From assembly GCA_965228735.1 (NCBI GenBank), contig OZ245838.1, positions 3,872,001-3,936,000 of the forward strand: DNA of 64,000 nucleotides. Direction: 5' to 3'. The first letter of the stretch is position 1. Each line of letters starts with the position of its first letter. The position numbers and the translations under genes are program-made. The notes below the pieces were generated by a model. The model was not told the DNA's origin, ran no database searches, and was given only the letters and a program-made list of their open reading frames with translations. Origin of the DNA: Planctomycetota bacterium. GTDB lineage: Bacteria > Planctomycetota > UBA1135 > UBA2386. Shown here in pieces: positions 8,757-17,521 of this stretch.

Positions 8757-11210
8757 ATGCGATCGCCCGCCCTCGTCACGCTGCTCGCCGCGCTCTCTCT
8801 CATCACCGGCGCCGTCGCTCCCGCTCAGGACGACAACGCCGCCGCCGACGAAAAGGGCAAGCTCCAGATGATCGCCGAGTTCACGGCCGGGATGGAGCAC
8901 CTCGCCGGCTTCGTCGACCTCTACGTCGACGCCGAGAAGGACGCGATCCACCTGCGCATCGACCGCTTCGGAGAGGACCTGCTCTACGCCACCGCGCACG
9001 CGTCCGGCCTCGGCAGCAATCCGATCGGGCTCGATCGCGGCTCGCTCGGACCGCAGCACGTGATCGCGTTCCGACGCGCCGGGCGCAAGGTGCTCGTGAT
9101 GACGAAGAACCTCGGCTTCCGCGCCACCTCGGACAACGCCCGCGAACGCCTGGCCGTGGCCGAGTCGTTCGCACCCGGCGTGCTGGCGTCCCTGCCGATC
9201 AAGGCCGCGGACGAGGACGCGGTCGTCGTCGACGCGACGAAGTTCTTCCTCCGCGATGCGACCGGCACGGCGCGGCGGCTGTCGAGCAACGGGGCGACCT
9301 ACAAGGTCGACCGCGAGCGCAGCGCGCTCTGGCTCGAACGAACGAAGGCGTTCCCGCAGAACACCGAGGTCGAGGTGCTGCTGACGTTCGTGAGCAGCGG
9401 CAGCAATCGCGAGGTCGCGCGCACCGCGGCCGACGGCCAGGCGGTCGCGCTGCGTCAGCACCACAGCTTCATCCAGCTGCCCGACCGCAGCTACACGCCG
9501 CGCCGCTTCGACCCGCGCATCGGCTACTTCGGCCCGCAGTTCCTCGACTACGCGGCGCCGATCGGCCAGTCGATGCATCGCCACTACATCGCGCGGCACC
9601 GCCTGGAGAAGAAGGACCCGAACGCGGCCGTGAGCCCCGCCGTCGAACCGCTGGTCTACTACATCGATCCCGGCACTCCCGAGCCCGTGCGGTCGGCCCT
9701 CCTCGAGGGCGCGATGTGGTGGGCCGAGGCGTTCGAGGCCGCCGGTTTCCGCGACGCGTTCCAGGTCCGGATCCTGCCGACCACCGCCGACCCGATGGAC
9801 GTGCGCTACAACATGATCCACTGGGTGCACCGCCAGACGCGTGGCTGGTCCTACGGTGCGAGCATCCGCGATCCGCGCACGGGTGAGATCATCAAGGGCA
9901 ACGTGCTGCTCGGTTCGCTGCGCGTGCGCCAGGACCACCTCAAGTTCATCGGCCTCGAGTCGCCGTACAGCGTTGATGGCTGCGCGGTGTCCGGCTCGCC
10001 CGGCGTGCAGCACCTCGTGCGCGACGACACCCTCGCACGCGAGACGGCACTGGCCCGCATCCGGCAGCTGGCGGCGCACGAGGTCGGGCACACGCTCGGC
10101 CTGTCGCACAACTTCGCCGCGAGCACCTACGGGCGCGCGTCGGTGATGGACTATCCGGCACCGCTCGTGTCGGTCGGCGAGAACGACGAACTCGACTTCA
10201 GCAACGCGTACGACACGGGCATCGGCGAGTACGACATCTGGGCGATCCAGTACGGGTACTCGCAGTTCGCGCCGGGCGCTGACGAAGCCGCCGAGCTGCA
10301 GAAGATCGTCACGGACGGTCTGCGACGCGGCTACGCCTTCCTCACCGATCAGGACGCGCGCGCCGCGAGCTCGGCCCAGCCGCTCGCGAGCCTCTGGGAC
10401 AACGGCCGCGATCCGGTCGAACAGCTCGCGCTCGACCTTCGGGTGCGTGCCATCGGGCTGCGCAAGTTCGGCATCGATGCGCTGCGGCCGGGGCAGACGC
10501 TCGCGTCGCTCGAGGACGCGCTCGTGCCGCTCTACCTGCATCACCGCTATCAGCTCGAGGCCGCGATCAAGGTGATCGGCGGCGTCGATTTCCGCCACGC
10601 GGTGAAGGGCGACGGCCAGGCCCCGGTCACGCCCGTCGACGTCGAGCGGCAACGCCGCGCGCTGCGGGCCGCGGTGGCGACCCTGAAGCCGGAGTTCCTG
10701 CGGCTCGATCCCCGCATCGCGCGGCTGATCCCACCGGCGCCGCCCGGCCACCCGAGCACGGCCGAGCGCTTCGCGCGCTGGACGGGGCAGCCGCTCGATC
10801 CGGTGGCGCTCGCCGTGATCGCCGCCGACCTCACGCTCGGCGGACTGCTGGAACCGCATCGCCTGGCGCGCCTCGCGCATCGCACGGACGGCGGCGGCCT
10901 CACCGCCCATGAACTGATCTCGGCGATCGCCGCGGCCGTGCGCCTCGAGCTGGCCACCCCGATGATGGACGCGGTCCGGGAACGCTACGCCGAGCACCTC
11001 ATGGCGCTCGCCGACAACGCCGGCACGAGCAGCACGGTTCGCGACCTGGCCGAGCTCGCGCTGCGCGAGCATGCGATGTTCGTGAGCAACTCGCTCGGTC
11101 ACCGCATCCGCCGCTTCCTCGACAACCCCGATCGCAGCCTCCAGCGCGGCCGCGCACCCGCGACCCCGCCCGGGTCGCCCATCGGGTCGTCCGACGGGAG
11201 GGGACGGTAG
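8757..11210 (+). CDS. Secreted zinc-dependent metalloprotease (DUF5117/DUF4953, EcxA-like)
   Basis: Signal peptide; PRRFDPRIGYF, DPRTGEIIKG, HEVGHTLGLSHNF zinc motif, SVMDYP Met-turn. Confidence 0.9.
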   Translation: MRSPALVTLLAALSLITGAVAPAQDDNAAADEKGKLQMIAEFTAGMEHLAGFVDLYVDAEKDAIHLRIDRFGEDLLYATAHASGLGSNPIGLDRGSLGPQHVIAFRRAGRKVLVMTKNLGFRATSDNARERLAVAESFAPGVLASLPIKAADEDAVVVDATKFFLRDATGTARRLSSNGATYKVDRERSALWLERTKAFPQNTEVEVLLTFVSSGSNREVARTAADGQAVALRQHHSFIQLPDRSYTPRRFDPRIGYFGPQFLDYAAPIGQSMHRHYIARHRLEKKDPNAAVSPAVEPLVYYIDPGTPEPVRSALLEGAMWWAEAFEAAGFRDAFQVRILPTTADPMDVRYNMIHWVHRQTRGWSYGASIRDPRTGEIIKGNVLLGSLRVRQDHLKFIGLESPYSVDGCAVSGSPGVQHLVRDDTLARETALARIRQLAAHEVGHTLGLSHNFAASTYGRASVMDYPAPLVSVGENDELDFSNAYDTGIGEYDIWAIQYGYSQFAPGADEAAELQKIVTDGLRRGYAFLTDQDARAASSAQPLASLWDNGRDPVEQLALDLRVRAIGLRKFGIDALRPGQTLASLEDALVPLYLHHRYQLEAAIKVIGGVDFRHAVKGDGQAPVTPVDVERQRRALRAAVATLKPEFLRLDPRIARLIPPAPPGHPSTAERFARWTGQPLDPVALAVIAADLTLGGLLEPHRLARLAHRTDGGGLTAHELISAIAAAVRLELATPMMDAVRERYAEHLMALADNAGTSSTVRDLAELALREHAMFVSNSLGHRIRRFLDNPDRSLQRGRAPATPPGSPIGSSDGRGR

Positions 11211-11265
11211 CGCCTGAGGATCGCGGGGCAGGCCGACGCCGGGGCGAGAAACGCTCGCCCACGTT

Positions 11266-11291
11266 GCATCCCGGCGGCGCTTCGGCACGAA
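11266..11291 (+). promoter_or_regulatory. Putative ECF sigma promoter GCATCC-N16-CGAA upstream of selenoprotein operon
   Basis: Identical boxes and spacing to the motif at 3970-3995; intergenic and co-oriented with the ATG at 11346. Confidence 0.5.
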
Positions 11292-11345
11292 AAATGCGTT
11301 GGGTGGCCCGGGTCGCATTCTGACCCGGCTTGCAACACTGAACTC

Positions 11346-12089
11346 ATGGACCGGATTCCCGACAGCTTGTGGCGCGATTTTCCGCTGGCCGGCCGCCATC
11401 TCGGCAGCGACCGGCTCGCGGCGGAGCTCGGCGACACCGACACGCTGCTCGTGTTCCTGCGCCACCTGGGTTGAATCTTCACCCGCGAACTGCTGCGCGA
11501 CGTGCTCGCCGCAACCAAGGACAGCGGGATGCCGACACCGGTCTTCGTCCACCGGGCGAGCGTCGAGGCCGGCGACGAGTTCTTCGCGGAACGCGCGCCG
11601 GACCAGCGCGCGATCGCGGACCCCGACGGCGCACTCTTCCGCGGATTCGGCCTGGAGCGCGGCTCGCTCCTGCAGCTGCTCGGGCCACGCGTGTGGTGGC
11701 GCGGCCTCGTCGCGCTCTTCAAGGGCAACTTCGTCGGCTTGCCGACGGGCAACGAGACCCAGATGCCGGGCGCGTTCGTCGTTCGCGGCCAGCAAATCGT
11801 GTGGGCCCACCGCGCGCGCCACTCCGGCGACCACCCGGACCTCGATGCGATGCGCCGTGCGCTCGACCCGAACGCCGAACCTGCGGCCGAGACCGCGGCG
11901 AAGACCGCTCCGAAGGCCGCCGGCAACACGGCTCGCAAGATCCGCTCCCTCGCAGCCACCCACCGCAAGATCCTCGCCGAGGCCCAGCAGATGCAGCGCG
12001 ATGGCGATCTGCGGACGTTCGCCCAACTCACGGCCGAGGCCGACGAGGTCGCGAAGGAGCTCGACCGGCTCGAGCAGGGACAGACGTGA
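11346..12089 (+). CDS. Putative selenoprotein: AhpC/TSA-2 (SelL/SelU-related) peroxiredoxin-like protein, Sec43, with C-terminal DUF6435-like helical domain
   Basis: ATG 11346 is in frame with the 11502-12089 ORF; the only interruption is TGA 11472-11474 in LLVFLRHLG*IFTRE, where the family has FLRHxGCxFCRE; IADPDGALFRGFGLERG and QMPGAFVV follow; 247 aa with readthrough. Confidence 0.85.
11494..11513 (+). promoter_or_regulatory. Candidate bacterial SECIS hairpin
   Basis: TGC-GCGA/loop CGTGC/TCGC-(C bulge)-GCA; the apical loop starts 26 nt after the UGA and has G at its second position. Confidence 0.5.
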
Positions 12090-12511
12090 GTCCGGGGCCC
12101 GCTGCCGGCCAACCCGCTCCGCGATGGGCGCGCAACTGGCTGCTCGCGGCCGCGGCCTACAACCTGATCTGGGGCGCGTTCATCGTCCTCGCGCCCACCG
12201 CGCTGTTCGCGTTCGCCGACATGGAGCCGCCGCGCTACATGGGCATCTGGCAGTGCGTCGGAATGATCGTCGGGGTCTACGGCGTGGGCTATGCGATCGC
12301 CGCGCGCGATCCGTATCGGCACTGGCCGATCGTTCTCGTCGGCCTGCTCGGCAAAGTGCTCGGGCCGATCGGCTTCGTCGACGCTGCGCTCAGCGGCCAG
12401 CTGCCGTGGCGCTTCGGCTGGACGATCCTGACGAACGACCTGCTGTGGTGGCCCGCGTTCGCGTGGATCCTGTGGCGCGCGCGCCGCGCGCTCCTCGCGG
12501 GCGGTCGCTAG
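12086..12511 (+). CDS. Membrane protein, partner domain of SelL-related/AhpC redox proteins
   Basis: GTG overlaps the upstream TGA (GTGA); YNLIWG, IWQCVGMIVGVYGVGY, HWPIVLVGLLGKVLGPIGF, TNDLLWW; about four TM helices. Confidence 0.8.
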   Translation: MSPGPAAGQPAPRWARNWLLAAAAYNLIWGAFIVLAPTALFAFADMEPPRYMGIWQCVGMIVGVYGVGYAIAARDPYRHWPIVLVGLLGKVLGPIGFVDAALSGQLPWRFGWTILTNDLLWWPAFAWILWRARRALLAGGR

Positions 12512-12524
12512 TGCGGTGTGTCCG

Positions 12525-12956
12525 ATGGCGCTGACCGACTGGGCCCTGCTGACGCACGCATTCGCGACGCTCGCGATGACGGGCGTCATCTGGTTCGTGC
12601 AGGTCGTGCACTATCCACTGATGGCGCGCGTCGGGAGCGACGGGTTCGCGACGTACGAGAAGGCGCACACCGCGCGAACGACCGTCGTCGTCGCACCGCT
12701 GATGCTCGTCGAGCTCGCCACCGCGGCCTGGCTGGCGATCTCGCCGCCCGTCGGCACGGCGACGATCGCCTGGCTCGGCCTCGACCTGCTCGCCGCGACG
12801 TGGCTGTCGACCGCCCTCCTCCAGGTGCCGTGCCACCGCCGCCTCGAGGCCGGCTTCGATCCGGCCGTCCTGCAGCGCCTCGTCCGCACCAACTGGTTGC
12901 GAACGCTCGCCTGGACGGGTCGCGCCATCATCGCGCTCGCGCTCCTCGTGGCCTGA
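12525..12956 (+). CDS. Conserved hypothetical membrane protein
   Basis: MTGVIWFVQVVHYPL, VVAPLMLVE, LQVPCHRRL, LVRTNWLRT; 3-4 TM; 13 nt downstream of the previous gene. Confidence 0.75.
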   Translation: MALTDWALLTHAFATLAMTGVIWFVQVVHYPLMARVGSDGFATYEKAHTARTTVVVAPLMLVELATAAWLAISPPVGTATIAWLGLDLLAATWLSTALLQVPCHRRLEAGFDPAVLQRLVRTNWLRTLAWTGRAIIALALLVA

Positions 12957-12984
12957 GGGGCCGCGCTGGCGCTATCGTGCGGCG

Positions 12985-13194
12985 ATGCCGTACGTGAACG
13001 TCCAGATCACCGCGGGCGCGACCCGCGACCAGAAGTCGAAGCTCGTGGCCGACATCACTGATGCCCTCGTCACCGTGCTCGGCAAGAAGCCGGAACACAC
13101 CCACATCGTGATTCAGGAGATCCTCGAGGAGAACTGGGGCTACGCCGGCCAGCTCACGGACGACTGGAAGAAGTCCCAGGCCGGCGGTTCGTAA
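12985..13194 (+). CDS. 4-oxalocrotonate tautomerase family protein
   Basis: Catalytic N-terminal Pro (MPYVNVQIT), 69 aa, ENWGYAG. Confidence 0.9.
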   Translation: MPYVNVQITAGATRDQKSKLVADITDALVTVLGKKPEHTHIVIQEILEENWGYAGQLTDDWKKSQAGGS

Positions 13195-13212
13195 CCGCCG
13201 CGCCTGGCGGGG

Positions 13213-13277
13213 TTCTGGAACAGTCGTCCAAAAACCATGTCCGCGTTCTTGACTTATCAGTCCAGAACGACGATATT
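13213..13277 (+). promoter_or_regulatory. sigma70 promoter TTGACT-N17-GATATT overlapped by TetR-type operator palindromes
   Basis: -35 at 13249-13254, -10 at 13272-13277, ATG 6 nt later; imperfect palindromes TTCTGGAACAGTCGTCCAAAA (13213) and TTCTTGACTTATCAGTCCAGAA (13246). Confidence 0.6.
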
Positions 13278-13283
13278 CCGGCC

Positions 13284-13868
13284 ATGGCGCGTCCCCGCGA
13301 GTTCGACGAGAACGAGGTCCTTGACCGGGCCATGCTGCAGTTCTGGCAGCACGGCTTCGAGGGCACTTCGATCCACGATCTCGTCGACCGCACCCGCCTG
13401 GGACGCCAGAGCCTCTACAACGCGTTCGGCGACAAACGCGCGATCTTCCTGCGGGCACTGCAGCGCTACGACGACAAGACCAACGCGATGCTCGCGCCGA
13501 TGCTGCGGCCCGACGCCGACCTGCAGACCGTCCGAGACTACGTCGAAGGCGCGATCGCACTGCAGAAGGAGCACCGCTGCCGCGGCTGCCTCGTGACCCG
13601 CAGCGCGCTCGAGCTCGGCAGCGCCGATCCCGACATCCGGAACGCCGTTGCGCGCACGGGCCGCCGCGTGCGCAAGGCCATCGCCAACGCGCTCGCGGGC
13701 GCGGCCGATGCCGGCGAGGCCCGCCGCGACCAGTCGCCGACCGAGCTCGCCGACTACGTGTTCGCCACGCTCAACGGGCTCGCCAGCCTCGCGGGCACGG
13801 GCGCCGGCGAGAAGCAGGCGCGCCGCGTCGTCGACCTGATGTTCGCATCCCTGGCTGCGGCCACCTGA
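13284..13868 (+). CDS. TetR/AcrR family transcriptional regulator
   Basis: MARPREFD..LDRAM..FWQHGFEGTSIHDL..LYNAFGDKRAIF HTH; RGCLVT. Confidence 0.92.
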   Translation: MARPREFDENEVLDRAMLQFWQHGFEGTSIHDLVDRTRLGRQSLYNAFGDKRAIFLRALQRYDDKTNAMLAPMLRPDADLQTVRDYVEGAIALQKEHRCRGCLVTRSALELGSADPDIRNAVARTGRRVRKAIANALAGAADAGEARRDQSPTELADYVFATLNGLASLAGTGAGEKQARRVVDLMFASLAAAT

Positions 13869-13956
13869 CCGGCCTCCCGCCCCCCCTCCTTCAGTTCGCT
13901 CCGGACCGTTTTTGACCTTTCGTTCTATTACCAACAGACCTGACCGAGAACCGACC

Positions 13957-14748
13957 ATGACCCCATCCACGAACACTCCCGAGAACACCTTCCAGGCCGA
14001 GAACACCATCGCATTCGTCACGGGCGCCAACAGGCCGAACGGCATCGGCCGCGCCATCGTCGACGCGCTGCTCGCGGCCGGCGCGCGCAAGATCTACGCG
14101 ACCGCGCGGAACCCGCAGCAGCTCGCCGAGCTCGTCGAGCAGCGCGCCGGGCGCGTCGTCGCCGTGCCGCTCGACGTCACCGACGCGGACTCGATCCGCG
14201 CGGCCGTCGCGAACGCGCCCGACGTCAACCTGCTCGTGAACAACTCGGGTTTCTTCGGCGGCGTCGATTCGCTCGCCGACCTCGACATCATCAAGCGCGA
14301 GATCGACGTGAACTACTACGGCCCGATCGCCCTCACGGCGGCCTTCGCGCCCGTGCTCAGCAACAACGGCGGCGGCCACGTCGTCAACGTCAACTCGATC
14401 GCGAGCTTCGTCAACTTCCCGCTCGGCAGCACCTACTCCGCGTCGAAGGCCGCCTCGCACAGCGTGACGATCGGCCAGCGCCGCGAGCTCGCGCCGCAGG
14501 GCACCCACGTGATCGGCGTCTACCCCGGCCCGATCGCGACGGACCTCGCGAAGGACATCGAGATGGACAAGTTCCCGCCGAGCCTCGTCGCCGACGCGAT
14601 CCTCGCGGGTCTGCGCGACGGCAGCGACGAGGTCTTCCCTGACGCGTTCTCCCAGGGACTGTTCGCGCAGTGGCAGCAGGACGGCAAGGCCGTCGAACGG
14701 GAGATGGCGGCAGCAGCCGCCGAGGCCGCGACGGCGACCGCCTCGTAA
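13957..14748 (+). CDS. SDR family oxidoreductase
   Basis: VTGANRPNGIGRA, LVNNSG, catalytic YSASKAA; a related operator-like site TTTTGACCTTTCGTTCTATT lies at about 13910. Confidence 0.9.
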   Translation: MTPSTNTPENTFQAENTIAFVTGANRPNGIGRAIVDALLAAGARKIYATARNPQQLAELVEQRAGRVVAVPLDVTDADSIRAAVANAPDVNLLVNNSGFFGGVDSLADLDIIKREIDVNYYGPIALTAAFAPVLSNNGGGHVVNVNSIASFVNFPLGSTYSASKAASHSVTIGQRRELAPQGTHVIGVYPGPIATDLAKDIEMDKFPPSLVADAILAGLRDGSDEVFPDAFSQGLFAQWQQDGKAVEREMAAAAAEAATATAS

Positions 14749-14813
14749 GGCGCCACGCAGCACGAAGCGGGAACGCCGGGTGCATCGGCGTTGACGGCGG
14801 GTACCGTCACGGC

Positions 14814-15278
14814 ATGAGCGACCTCCGCCAGCCGATCGACACCGAAGCCGTCATCGCCAATCTCAACACGATCCTCGAGCTCGAGCTCGCGGGCGTCGTG
14901 CGCTACACGCACTACTCGCTCATGGTGTTCGGCCACTCGCGCATCCCGATCATCAGCTGGATGCGCGACCAGGCCAACGAGGGCATGGCGCATGCGGCCG
15001 CGGCCGGCGAACACGTCACGACGCTCGGCGGCCACCCGTCGCTGAAGATCGGCAGCATGACGGAGTCGCACAAGCACGATATCGAACAGATCCTGCGCGA
15101 GGCGCTCGAGCACGAGCGCATCACGCTCGACTCCTACTACGACCTGCTCGGCAAGGTCGAGGGCAAGAACGTGTGGCTCGAGGAGTACGCGCGCGCCCAG
15201 ATCCTGCTCGAGGAGGGCCACATCGCCGAGGTCGAGAAGATGCTGCGGCGCCCGGGCGACCTCACGCCCGCGCTCTGA
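14814..15278 (+). CDS. bfr: Bacterioferritin / ferritin-like protein
   Basis: LELELAGVVRYTHYSLMVFG, EGMAHA, ALEHE, EEGH ferroxidase-type residues; TACCGT-N6-ATG start. Confidence 0.8.
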   Translation: MSDLRQPIDTEAVIANLNTILELELAGVVRYTHYSLMVFGHSRIPIISWMRDQANEGMAHAAAAGEHVTTLGGHPSLKIGSMTESHKHDIEQILREALEHERITLDSYYDLLGKVEGKNVWLEEYARAQILLEEGHIAEVEKMLRRPGDLTPAL

Positions 15279-15280
15279 TC

Positions 15281-15345
15281 CGGTGGACCGCTGACCCGAT
15301 GGAGCTGGCCGGTGGACTGCTGGCTGGTGGACTGCTGGCTGGCCG
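15281..15345. repeat. Degenerate ~15-bp tandem repeat (GGTGGACTGCTGGCT, about 4 copies)
   Basis: cggtggaccgctgac / ccgatggagctggc / cggtggactgctggc / tggtggactgctggc immediately after the bfr stop. Confidence 0.6.
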
Positions 15346-15395
15346 GCGACGGTCCCGCGACAGGAAGGCGGCGGCGCCGGCCACCTTGGTGGACC

Positions 15396-16856
15396 ATGCG
15401 ACCGCGCCACCGGCTGACCGCCAGATTCGCCTCGATCGGAGCCGCCGCCGCGGCGTCGGCGTTCCTCCTTGCCAGCGGTGCACCGGCCCAGGAACAGCGC
15501 TACGACCTCGGAATTCGGGTTCGCGCCTTCGAGTCCGCGTTCGAGCCGCACATCGGGGAGATCGCGATGCGCAACCGGGTCTGCGACTCGCTCGCGGGCG
15601 CGGTGCAGGCGTTCTTCGGAGTTCGGCTCGCCGAGGTGGCCCGCGAGATCGACGCAGCCCGCGCCGCGCTCGACCCGACCTCGGATGCCGAGGCCGGCGC
15701 CAACCGGGCCTGGGCCGCGGCCCTCACCCTGCACCTCGATCGCCGCCTCGTCGACACCACGGCGACGACGCTGCCGTTCGAACTGGTCACGAGCTACGAC
15801 GTGGCGGCCACGGCACCGGCCGGAGCGACCCTGCAGCTGCAGGTCGTGTCGGCCGCCGGCAGCGCACTCGGCGACCCGTTCGCGGTCGCCGTCGGCGAAC
15901 TGCCGCAGACGGGCGAGCTGCCGCTCGCGGCGCTCCCGGAAGGTGACCATCGCGTTCGGGTCCGCGTCACGCACGGCGACGACGTGCTCACCGAGCACGA
16001 GCAGGTGCTGTCCGCGGTGCGTGATCTCGATGCCCGCATTGCGGCGGTGGCGCCGCTCGCGCGCGTGAAGGCGACGACGACTGCCGAACGCACGAGCCGT
16101 GGCCTCGCGCGCGTGCTGCGCGCGCTGAGCAAGGGCGCCACGAACGAGACCGACATCCCGGCCGCGCGGCATCTGCGAGAGCTCGAGCAGCTCCAGGCCG
16201 ACGGGCTCGCCTGGCTCCGGTCCCTCGCACCCGGCGACTACCGCATCTGGCTGCAGACCGACGACAGCAGCGTGGCGACCCGCCTCATGCTCCCGCCCGG
16301 CGTGCGTTCGCTCGCAGATCAACGCCTGCCCGTCGTCATCGCCCGGCACGGCGCCGGCGGCAGCGAGAACCTGTTCTTCGACGCCTACGGTGCGGGCAAG
16401 ATCCGCGGCCTCTGCCGCGAGCGCGGCTTCGTGCTCGTCGCGCCGCGCGCAGGTCTCGGCGGCGGCGCGGACGCTGGCGCGATCGTCGACGCGCTGGCGG
16501 AGTTCTGCCCCGTCGATCCGACCAAGGTGTTCGGCATCGGCCACTCGATGGGCGCAGCGATGGTGATGCGCGAAGCGAGCGCCGATCCGACGACGTTCTG
16601 CGGCATCGCCCTGCTCGGCGGCGGCGGCAGCGCGCGACCGACCGCAGCGCTGCAGCGGCTGCCGGTCTTCATCGCGCCCGGAGAGCGCGACTTCGCGCGG
16701 CGCAACGCCGAGCGCCTGCGTGACGCGTTGCGAGCCAAAGGGCTCGAGACGCTCGAGTTCCGCGCCTATGAGGCCACCGAGCATTTCGCGATCGTCCAGG
16801 TCGCGCTCGACGACGCGTTCGCCTTCTTCGACCGCTGCCTGCAGGCCCGCGACTGA
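15396..16856 (+). CDS. Secreted alpha/beta-hydrolase (esterase/peptidase-like C-terminal domain)
   Basis: Signal-peptide-like start; PVVIARHGAGGSEN, GHSMG nucleophile motif, GERDF, TEH. Confidence 0.75.
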   Translation: MRPRHRLTARFASIGAAAAASAFLLASGAPAQEQRYDLGIRVRAFESAFEPHIGEIAMRNRVCDSLAGAVQAFFGVRLAEVAREIDAARAALDPTSDAEAGANRAWAAALTLHLDRRLVDTTATTLPFELVTSYDVAATAPAGATLQLQVVSAAGSALGDPFAVAVGELPQTGELPLAALPEGDHRVRVRVTHGDDVLTEHEQVLSAVRDLDARIAAVAPLARVKATTTAERTSRGLARVLRALSKGATNETDIPAARHLRELEQLQADGLAWLRSLAPGDYRIWLQTDDSSVATRLMLPPGVRSLADQRLPVVIARHGAGGSENLFFDAYGAGKIRGLCRERGFVLVAPRAGLGGGADAGAIVDALAEFCPVDPTKVFGIGHSMGAAMVMREASADPTTFCGIALLGGGGSARPTAALQRLPVFIAPGERDFARRNAERLRDALRAKGLETLEFRAYEATEHFAIVQVALDDAFAFFDRCLQARD

Positions 16857-16894
16857 CGGAGCACATCGAATCGCTCGCGGGGTAAGGTCGCGGC

Positions 16895-17491
16895 ATGTCC
16901 AACCCGCCCGACAGCAAGATCCGGATCGCCGTCGTCATCGGCACCGTTCGCCCCGGCAACTACACGAGCAAGGCAGCCGCACTCGTCGCCGCCGAACTCG
17001 CGAGCAACAGCAAGATCGAGGTCGACGTGATCGACCCGGCGACGATGAACCTGCCGTTCCCGGGGCAGCAGGTCGACAACCCGTCGAGCGCCGAGCTGCA
17101 GGAACGGATCGGCAAGGCGACGGGCATCGTGCTCACGACACCCGAGTATCACGGCAGCGTGAGCAGCGCGCTCAAGTGCCTGATCGAGAACCTCGGCTTC
17201 CCGTCCGAGCTCGCGGGCAAGCCCGTCGCACTGCTCGGCGTCGCGGCGGGTGTCATCGGTGCGATCAAGTCGCTCGAACAACTGCGCAGCATCTGCTCGC
17301 ACGTCGGCGCGATCGTGCTCCCCGGCCCGGTGTCGGTCGCGGGCGTGCAGCGGGTCTTCAACGAGGCCGGCGAGTGCACGGACGCCGGCGTGGAGCAGCG
17401 AGTCCGGTCCGTCGCGACGACGCTCGTCGATTACATCGAGCGTAGCATCTGCCCCAGCGTCACCCTCGAGCGCATGGCGCGCGACGGCTGA
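16895..17491 (+). CDS. NADPH-dependent FMN reductase
   Basis: IGTVRPG, TPEYHGSVSSALK, GKPVALLG; TAAGGT-N6-ATG start. Confidence 0.9.
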   Translation: MSNPPDSKIRIAVVIGTVRPGNYTSKAAALVAAELASNSKIEVDVIDPATMNLPFPGQQVDNPSSAELQERIGKATGIVLTTPEYHGSVSSALKCLIENLGFPSELAGKPVALLGVAAGVIGAIKSLEQLRSICSHVGAIVLPGPVSVAGVQRVFNEAGECTDAGVEQRVRSVATTLVDYIERSICPSVTLERMARDG

Positions 17492-17521
17492 GAGTCGAGG
17501 GCGGCGCGGCCGTTCGCCGCC

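Noticed and set aside
7413..12026. 1537-aa minus-strand ORF and other very long antisense ORFs (e.g. 41733-45272, 57330-59624, 14520-16784)
   Set aside because: They shadow well-supported genes on the opposite strand and lack motifs; expected from high-GC codon bias
11502..12089. 195-aa ORF as called by the track, or a pseudogene interpretation
   Set aside because: It starts downstream of the active-site motif; the single TGA falls exactly on the catalytic Cys position with intact flanks, favouring Sec recoding
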